A stretch of 64,000 nt of DNA from an uncultured Nitrospinota bacterium. GTDB taxonomy: Bacteria; Nitrospinota; Nitrospinia; Nitrospinales; JAJDAT01. The position numbers and the translations under genes are program-made. Below the pieces are notes generated by a model. The model was given only the letters and a program-made list of their open reading frames with translations, did no database searches and was not told the DNA's origin. How positions within the stretch are numbered: the first letter of the stretch is position 1; every line of letters starts with the position of its first letter. Of the stretch, positions 58,752 to 64,000 are shown in pieces. The stretch is from assembly GCA_964344185.1 (NCBI GenBank), contig CAYFMN010000014.1:1384-65383 (forward strand). The letters run 5' to 3'.

Positions 58752-58779
58752 ATCAGCAAATATAACAGTTTCAAGGCAA
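58752..58779 (-). repeat. copy A of the same bipartite direct repeat
   Basis: Plus strand: ATCAGCAAA-TATAACAG-TTTCAAGGCAA. The 9-nt and 11-nt half-elements are identical to copy B and the spacer is 8 nt instead of 6. Confidence 0.4.
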
Positions 58780-58800
58780 TCTTAGTAAAAAGTTTAAGAC

Positions 58801-58838
58801 AAAAAAAAAGCCGGAGGGGAAATCCCCTCCGGCTTTTA
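58801..58838 (-). terminator. strong rho-independent terminator of the 163-aa secreted-protein gene
   Basis: Perfect 10-bp GC-rich stem GCCGGAGGGG/CCCCTCCGGC with an AAAT loop. It is followed on the minus strand by T9. TTTTA on the other side gives partial bidirectional character. Confidence 0.85.
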
Positions 58839-58854
58839 TAAAACTAAATACGAC

Positions 58855-59346
58855 TTATCTTTGATATTCTGGCTTTTGATTTTGGTTAGAGAAAATTCCT
58901 CTTTCCGTACCTTCTGGTAATCCTAAACCAGGCTCAATGTAAGTACCAGGTCGAACGTGATCCATATGGTAATCACTTTGGTAAGTTTTACCGGAACCTG
59001 CATCAATCTTCCAGTCGTTCCGATCAAAACGTTGGCGTTGGCAGTTAATTTGGATATCGCCAGGGCCATTGTTTTTAAAATCGGTTCTTACAGCAATAGC
59101 ATTAGTTTGGTATCCACCAGGTGGCAAGTCTCTTTTGTACCATTTACCCCAACCATAAGCATGAGGACCAATGTCAAATTGAACATTAGTCTCTTGGGAC
59201 TCACTCACGTTGTAGATAATCCAAGAAGCGTCTTCACATACACTCGTGTCGCCAGCTTTTAAGGTAGAAACATTAGCGGCAGCAATCGAGGTAAGCGCAA
59301 AAAACGCTAAGGCCGTGAAAATCACGGTACTCGTCCTTCTCATCAT
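58855..59346 (-). CDS. secreted hypothetical protein
   Basis: Clear signal peptide (RRTSTVIFTALAFFALTSIAAA). Strong SD (GGGGGAG) 3 nt before the ATG. No recognisable domain. Confidence 0.7.
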   Translation of the reverse strand: MMRRTSTVIFTALAFFALTSIAAANVSTLKAGDTSVCEDASWIIYNVSESQETNVQFDIGPHAYGWGKWYKRDLPPGGYQTNAIAVRTDFKNNGPGDIQINCQRQRFDRNDWKIDAGSGKTYQSDYHMDHVRPGTYIEPGLGLPEGTERGIFSNQNQKPEYQR

Positions 59347-59471
59347 GGTCTCCCCCTTTCAAAAAATTGAAAAGTTAACTAACTCCAAAAATCCTTAACA
59401 AATATTCAAATGGCTAAGAACCCTAATATTCGTTTATAAGGCCCGGGTTTTTGGGCTTTGATTGTGGACCG

Positions 59472-59500
59472 AAAATATCAAAACAGGGAAAATAAGTCAA
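59472..59500 (-). promoter_or_regulatory. putative sigma70-type promoter for the secreted-protein gene
   Basis: Minus strand: TTGACT (59500-59495), a 17-nt spacer, then TATTTT (59477-59472). It lies about 125 nt upstream of the ATG. Confidence 0.45.
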
Positions 59501-59594
59501 GCGCTATTTTACTATTTTCAAAACACAACATAACCACATAATAAAACAATAGGTTATAAATCAACAATTCTCTTGATTTTATAAAAAAATTTAC

Positions 59595-59990
59595 TCAAAC
59601 TCGGAATTTTAAGGAAGTCAAATTTGTTAGGCTTTTGGAATTTATTAATAGTTTTTCGCCTTTTTCCGAAATATCATTTACTACTAATTGTAAGCTTTTT
59701 AAGCTTTTTAATGTTTTTGAGTTTGCCAAGTATTCAGCGCCAATGTCGGTAATCCCATTAGATTTCAAATTTAAAGTTCTAACTTTTGATAAAAAAGGCG
59801 ATTCAGCGATAGCTTTTACTCCATCGTCACCAATAGCGTTTTGCGTTAAATCCAACGCTCTTAGATTAGAAAGAGCTTCACATTCGGCTAATTTTTTCGC
59901 CCCTACTTCGCGAATAAACTGAGCTTTTAAGTTTAAAACCTGACCGTCTTTGCTTAATCGGTCCTCGATCAATTCTAAAACGTCTGCCAT
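59595..59990 (-). CDS. small cytoplasmic RNI-type leucine-rich repeat protein
   Basis: No signal peptide. Repeats LRALDLTQNAIGDDGVKAIAESPFLSKVRTLNLKSNGITDIGAEYLANS are of the same type as the two secreted LRR proteins at 15.5-17.6 kb. Confidence 0.8.
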   Translation of the reverse strand: MADVLELIEDRLSKDGQVLNLKAQFIREVGAKKLAECEALSNLRALDLTQNAIGDDGVKAIAESPFLSKVRTLNLKSNGITDIGAEYLANSKTLKSLKSLQLVVNDISEKGEKLLINSKSLTNLTSLKFRV

Positions 59991-60021
59991 AAAAATTCCC
60001 TTATCTTTTTCTTAGCAACGT

Positions 60022-60816
60022 TCATCCGAGCCCCTGGATATTCTTCGCCTCAAACCCATAATCATCATAGATAGTCCATCCTTCCGCCAACATCTTTTTT
60101 CCCAGTTTTTCCAAGAGAGCCGCCGGAGAATTATTGGGATCTATTTCGAGAACTTTTTTTAAATGTCTCAAAGCTTTTTTTACGTCATTGATCTCGTCAC
60201 CGTAATGAGTCAGCTGGCGCGATTTATCAACTAAATCCGACGCCCATTTGTAATAGACGTTCGCTATACACAACGGCGCGTTTTCCGAAATATATTCCGC
60301 TAAATCATCATCTGCTTTTAGCATTGGTAAACATTTCAACGCTTGCTCAAATTCATTAATGGGATTTTCATAATCTTCAGATAATACTTTTGTAATTGAA
60401 TCTTTTTCCTTATGCTCATTTAGCAAACCAATAGAACTTTTAACTACATCCGAAGAAGTTCCACCCATCAGTTTATTGTAATATAAATTACCTAAGCCAA
60501 AATGAATCACTCCGCCAAATGCATTATCTTCATCGCATTCAAGAGCGATCTGAAACTGTTCCATGGCTTCGTCATAATGCCTGAGTTCCTCTAAGGCCTC
60601 GCCCAAATTATAGTGATGAATACAATTATCTGGCTCTTCTTCAATTTGTTGCTTAAATAATTCAATTTGAGCTTCAAGGTCAAACTCAACTTCCTCGTCG
60701 TCAAGTTCTTCCTGTAAATCTGGCTCCTCATCTTCCAGAGCTTCGTTTTCCTCAGATTCTGGGCTACTTTTCTCTTGCTCTTCCTCTTGCTCTTCTAAAT
60801 TATTTTGATCGCTCAT
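60022..60816 (-). CDS. TPR-repeat protein with poly-acidic N-terminal extension
   Basis: The N-terminal ~55 aa are D/E-rich (EEQEEEQEKSSPESEENEALEDEEPDLQEELDDEE). Then TPR-like helices (HHYNLGEALEELRHYDEAMEQFQIALECD). Confidence 0.7.
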   Translation of the reverse strand: MSDQNNLEEQEEEQEKSSPESEENEALEDEEPDLQEELDDEEVEFDLEAQIELFKQQIEEEPDNCIHHYNLGEALEELRHYDEAMEQFQIALECDEDNAFGGVIHFGLGNLYYNKLMGGTSSDVVKSSIGLLNEHKEKDSITKVLSEDYENPINEFEQALKCLPMLKADDDLAEYISENAPLCIANVYYKWASDLVDKSRQLTHYGDEINDVKKALRHLKKVLEIDPNNSPAALLEKLGKKMLAEGWTIYDDYGFEAKNIQGLG

Positions 60817-61430
60817 TTTGAGACTGACTTATTAGTTATAGTTCTCACAGGACGTATTACAGTTAATGATTGCATAATACCCCCCTTAAGGCTCAGGTAT
60901 GCTTGTCCTCTAATAAAGTTAAAACCGTACGCATATTTCTCTTTATATTCCTCGCTAGTCCAAAAACAACAACTCGTATCGCCGAAAATAGGATCAATGT
61001 GCACTACGTTTTCTGTCCAATAATATTTCCATGGAACTTCTTTTTCCTCTTCGTATAGAGATCTTAATTCTTTTTTTAGCGGTAAACGCCAATCTGAATG
61101 ATCTGCAAACTTTTTATCATTCATCTCTTTAATATATTTTTGCGCATCGTGCCAATTTAACCACTTTTTTCTTTCTTGGTATGAATCCCGGGCTTTCCAC
61201 ATCAAGTTTTCTTTGTGGTCCGTTACTGTTCCATCGCCATTATCCGTAAACCTTTCGGGCAAAGGAGTTCCATCTGGACCTAATTTGGGTTTCGAGGGTT
61301 TGACTTCTACTTTATGCCCATAATAGTACCCTTCGTCGCCAAAGGCGACTGTTCCTACCCCTCCAAAACACAAAACCATAGTTAGGGCAAGCAAATATAC
61401 GATAAAAAGTCTAAATTGTATATTTTTCAA
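60813..61430 (-). CDS. DUF1566 domain protein with signal peptide (the only exported paralog)
   Basis: Hydrophobic leader FRLFIVYLLALTMVLCFGGVGTVAFG. Then FTDNGDGTVTDHKENLMWKA, HSDWRLPLKKELRSLY, FWTSEE, IRPVRTI. 4-nt overlap with the downstream TPR gene. Confidence 0.85.
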   Translation of the reverse strand: MKNIQFRLFIVYLLALTMVLCFGGVGTVAFGDEGYYYGHKVEVKPSKPKLGPDGTPLPERFTDNGDGTVTDHKENLMWKARDSYQERKKWLNWHDAQKYIKEMNDKKFADHSDWRLPLKKELRSLYEEEKEVPWKYYWTENVVHIDPIFGDTSCCFWTSEEYKEKYAYGFNFIRGQAYLSLKGGIMQSLTVIRPVRTITNKSVSK

Positions 61431-61469
61431 AATACCTCTGGAATATAATTTTCCATATTGACAAAAAAC

Positions 61470-62462
61470 TTATTCGTCTTTTGGAGCCCAATCTGGCTCC
61501 CAAGTAAGGCAAATTCCTGCGGGATCCTTCAGTTGTCCAGGTTCTCTTCCAATTGACCCCCACTTACCAACAAAATTAAACTCTTTATCCAACTTCTGAA
61601 TCCGGTTATTAAGCGTATCCACTACAAATAGAAAACCATATGGGTCCTGGGCCAAACACATCGGACAGTTAAACTGTCCTTCACGTTTACCAAGCTCTCC
61701 AAAACTTGCAATAAAATTTCCCTCATTATCAAAAACCTGACAACGATTTTGACTTTTCTCCGAAACAATTATTGTGCCATCTTTACGCACCACAATGCCA
61801 TTCGGAAAATTGAAAAACCCTTCCTCAAAACCATATTGTCCAAATTTTGAAACATACTGGCCGTCTTCGTTAAAAATCTGAACACGCTGGTTGTCTCTAT
61901 CCGCCACATAAATATTTCCTTCACGATCTAAAGCAACGCCTGTAGGGTATTTTAGAAAACCGTCAAAATCTCCAGAAAACCCAAAACCTAAAAGAAATTC
62001 TCCATCATCGTCAAAACGTTTAAAGCAATGGTTTGCCGTATCAGCTACAAGAATGGTTCCAGCAGCCTCTACCACTATGCCTTCTGGCATATAAAACTTG
62101 TCCGGCCCCCAACCTTCTTGCCCAAACTCCAAAAGAAAATTTCCTTCCTCGTCGAACTTTTGTATCCGATGACACCCCGTATCGGCAACCCAAATATTAC
62201 CATACGAGTCGACGGCAACTCCCATTGGGGTTTTAAACTCTCCAGGATTATAAGGAGCGCGCGTACCGGCTGGTCGGCCAAATTGCATTAAAAACTTCCC
62301 ATTTCCGTCGAATTTTTGAATACGATTATTTCCTGCATCGGCCACCCAAACATATAATTTAGAATGGTCGACAACCGGTATTTCCTCGGGTAAAGCCTCT
62401 TCTACCTCAACTAGTTCCTGCCCAATCTCTAACTCTTCTGTTTCAGTTTTTTCTTTTTCCAT
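61470..62462 (-). CDS. cytoplasmic six-bladed NHL-repeat protein of TRIM-NHL-like type with acidic N-terminus
   Basis: Six repeats of G.F..P.G[IV].V...G.I.VAD..N.R[IV]Q.FD..G.F...FG. No signal peptide. The N-terminal 30 aa are E-rich. Confidence 0.85.
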   Translation of the reverse strand: MEKEKTETEELEIGQELVEVEEALPEEIPVVDHSKLYVWVADAGNNRIQKFDGNGKFLMQFGRPAGTRAPYNPGEFKTPMGVAVDSYGNIWVADTGCHRIQKFDEEGNFLLEFGQEGWGPDKFYMPEGIVVEAAGTILVADTANHCFKRFDDDGEFLLGFGFSGDFDGFLKYPTGVALDREGNIYVADRDNQRVQIFNEDGQYVSKFGQYGFEEGFFNFPNGIVVRKDGTIIVSEKSQNRCQVFDNEGNFIASFGELGKREGQFNCPMCLAQDPYGFLFVVDTLNNRIQKLDKEFNFVGKWGSIGREPGQLKDPAGICLTWEPDWAPKDE

Positions 62463-62688
62463 TTTTCTCAGGCAATAATTATTAATAAAAATATATAGGA
62501 ATTTTTTTAACTGAGGGAAATAAGGACAGCATAAACCGCCCAGGAAGGAAAACTCTTGGAGGTTTCAGGAAATAGTCAAAAATAAACGCAACTATAACCA
62601 CGGCAATTTAATTTCGCATGATATTCAATCAACTTTTCGCGAAATAGCCACCCTCCAAGCAGTTCAAAACTCAATAAACAAATATTAG

Positions 62689-63315
62689 TTATTTAATCTG
62701 GAAATTTTTTACATCTAAAATCTGGTATTCAAAATCGCAAACCTTTTGAAAATCAAGCAGTCTTTCATTCCAATTTTCTTTGAATGTATCCAGGTTTTCC
62801 ATTTTAGGCTTTTTTTTCATAAGCTTAACTTCCTTAAAAAGCGGCTTTACCAAATTCTTATGAACCTGTTGGAGACAGTTTCTCAATTTCACAACACATT
62901 CTTTGGTAACTTGCTCACGTGTAACCCCATCAACTTTTTCCAATAGTCTTAAGAAACTTTGGATGGTAACTAATTGGGTCGTATAACTCTCAACCAAACG
63001 ATGATCATATTTCAGACCACAGTCGATGTATGAAGGCATCAAAAACATACCTAAATGATGATCAAATTTTATAGTTAAATTAATTAGCTTTTGAAGATAA
63101 TCGGCTTCTCTAGCGTCCTCGTCTTCGTCCTCTTCACCCTCTTCAAGTTCTTGAGCCGCTTTTACCTTTTCAAGCTCTAGTTCTTTTTTAATTTTCTCCA
63201 ACTCGCTAAGATCGGCCACCCCGCCTTCTTTAGAGGAGTCTCCTCTAAGGGATTCTTCATCGCCTTCGGCTTCGGTTCCTGATTGTTCTGCCGGATTAGT
63301 TTCTTTTTCGCTCAA
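62689..63315 (-). CDS. hypothetical protein with acidic coiled-coil N-terminal half
   Basis: EAEGDEESLRGD...ELEEGEEDEDEDAREAD, followed by a ~130-aa helical domain with no recognisable family. Confidence 0.55.
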   Translation of the reverse strand: MSEKETNPAEQSGTEAEGDEESLRGDSSKEGGVADLSELEKIKKELELEKVKAAQELEEGEEDEDEDAREADYLQKLINLTIKFDHHLGMFLMPSYIDCGLKYDHRLVESYTTQLVTIQSFLRLLEKVDGVTREQVTKECVVKLRNCLQQVHKNLVKPLFKEVKLMKKKPKMENLDTFKENWNERLLDFQKVCDFEYQILDVKNFQIK

Positions 63316-63498
63316 TGGATTAGCTCCTCAAAATACCCAGTTTAACACTGGGCAATAAATTGAAATTTCTTTCAGGTCTGATTATGTGAATTTTGGAGTA
63401 TATTATTTTAGCTCAATAGTGTCAAGGTTTTGTAAATGGAGAGCTAACCCAGGTAAACACAAAGAGGAGTTATTTTTGAAGTGGGGAGAAACAAACTT

Positions 63499-63534
63499 AA
63501 AGCCTCCTAAAACGAAAATACTTAAGGAGGCTTT
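63499..63534 (-). terminator. possible terminator hairpin downstream of nrdJ
   Basis: 10-bp stem AAAGCCTCCT/AGGAGGCTTT with a 16-nt loop, 30 nt after the nrdJ stop. On the minus strand it is followed by TTTAAGTTTGTTT, a weak T-tract. Confidence 0.4.
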
Positions 63535-63564
63535 ATATAAAGGATTGATACAACTAGTCAAATA

Positions 63565-64000
63565 TTAAGAACAACCGGAAGTTGCGCCGCAAGATAAGCA
63601 TTTCAAGCAAGTTCCATTACGCACAAGGGTCATCTGACCGCACTCATTACAGGGGTCTCCTTCATATCCTTTCATCCTAGCTATCTCAAAAGCCGAAACC
63701 TTTGGCTGAGCTAATCCTACAGCGGCATCCTGTTTTTGCAATGAAGCTCCATTTCCATTTCCATTAGTTTTCGGAGCTACCTTCGGAGCCCCTGAAACTG
63801 TTTTTGTTTTTTCAATGGCAACATTCGACTCTTGCGCAGATTCGGTAACTGGCTCGTCATCTTCGGGGCTACACTCAGAATCTTTTTGGATGGCATCCGC
63901 GCGTAAATCTTCAGGAGTAACTTGGGATAAATCATTACGATCCAAATAAGAAATTGCAAGATCTCGAAAAATATAATCAATAATAGATGTCGACATACTT
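63565..64000 (-). CDS. nrdJ: class II (B12-dependent) ribonucleotide reductase, C-terminal end only (gene continues beyond the window)
   Basis: The frame is open to the window edge. SIIDYIFRDLAISYL, then a low-complexity linker and the terminal Cys cluster CNECGQMTLVRNGTCLKCLSCGATSGCS typical of NrdJ C-termini. Confidence 0.8.
   Translation of the reverse strand, partial: SMSTSIIDYIFRDLAISYLDRNDLSQVTPEDLRADAIQKDSECSPEDDEPVTESAQESNVAIEKTKTVSGAPKVAPKTNGNGNGASLQKQDAAVGLAQPKVSAFEIARMKGYEGDPCNECGQMTLVRNGTCLKCLSCGATSGCS

Noticed and set aside
54548-61430. Diversity-generating retroelement (DGR) targeting the DUF1566 and FGE lectin-fold genes
   Set aside because: No reverse-transcriptase ORF is present in the window. 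By eye I found no template/variable repeat pair matching the 3' ends of the DUF1566 genes, and the 460-nt gap at 58393-58854 shows no similarity to them. An RT could still lie outside the window.
1-64000. CRISPR arrays, tRNA/rRNA/tmRNA/RNase P genes, transposases, integrases, prophage or toxin-antitoxin modules
   Set aside because: All intergenic gaps over 100 nt were read on both strands. I recognised no cloverleaf-like sequence, no regularly spaced repeats and no mobile-element ORFs. This was a visual scan only; tRNAscan/Infernal would be decisive.

Overview
AT-rich, densely coding bacterial chromosomal window with about 60 genes. By eye I found no rRNA, tRNA, CRISPR array, transposase or integrase. 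The taxon cannot be assigned from sequence alone; lipoprotein signals, HflKC, a prepilin peptidase and ArnT-like enzymes suggest a diderm. Content from left to right: (1) the 3' part of mnmG plus a small DUF4911-like ORF. (2) An envelope-glycan cluster at 2.0-13.2 kb: two SDR epimerase/dehydratases, a sugar nucleotidyltransferase, two GT2, one GT4, an SGNH hydrolase and two large ArnT/PMT-like membrane proteins, one with TPRs. (3) A cluster of extracytoplasmic proteins at 13.3-19.7 kb: a ~12-repeat NHL protein, two RNI-type LRR proteins and a caspase (C14) lipoprotein, followed by an orphan CheW. (4) An FG-GAP protein, an MBL hydrolase, a lipoate-ligase family protein and an FGE/SUMF1-domain protein with N-terminal heme-c motifs. 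(5) A complete minus-strand chemosensory operon at 25.3-36.3 kb: cheB, cheR-TPR, cheA-REC, REC-GAF-PAS-class III cyclase, two cheW, and an MCP with a CxxCH sensor domain. The cyclase gene is interrupted by one in-frame TAG. (6) A housekeeping block: thpR-recA-recX, pilD, hflKC, trkAH, oadA-oadB-oadG and a Dyp-like protein. (7) A minus-strand island at 53-63 kb with seven DUF1566 (Lcl C-terminal-like, lectin-fold) genes carrying eight domains. Six of these genes are consecutive and lack signal peptides. The island also encodes a CxxT glutaredoxin-like protein, a parvulin, a TRIM-like NHL protein, an RNI-type LRR protein, an acidic TPR protein and several unknowns. (8) The 3' end of class II ribonucleotide reductase nrdJ at the right edge. 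The best candidates for an undescribed system are the leaderless DUF1566 paralog operon with its neighbouring NHL/LRR/TPR operon, the secreted NHL-LRR-LRR-caspase cluster, and the chemosensory pathway with a cyclase output. All functional calls rest on motif recognition by eye; no database search was run.
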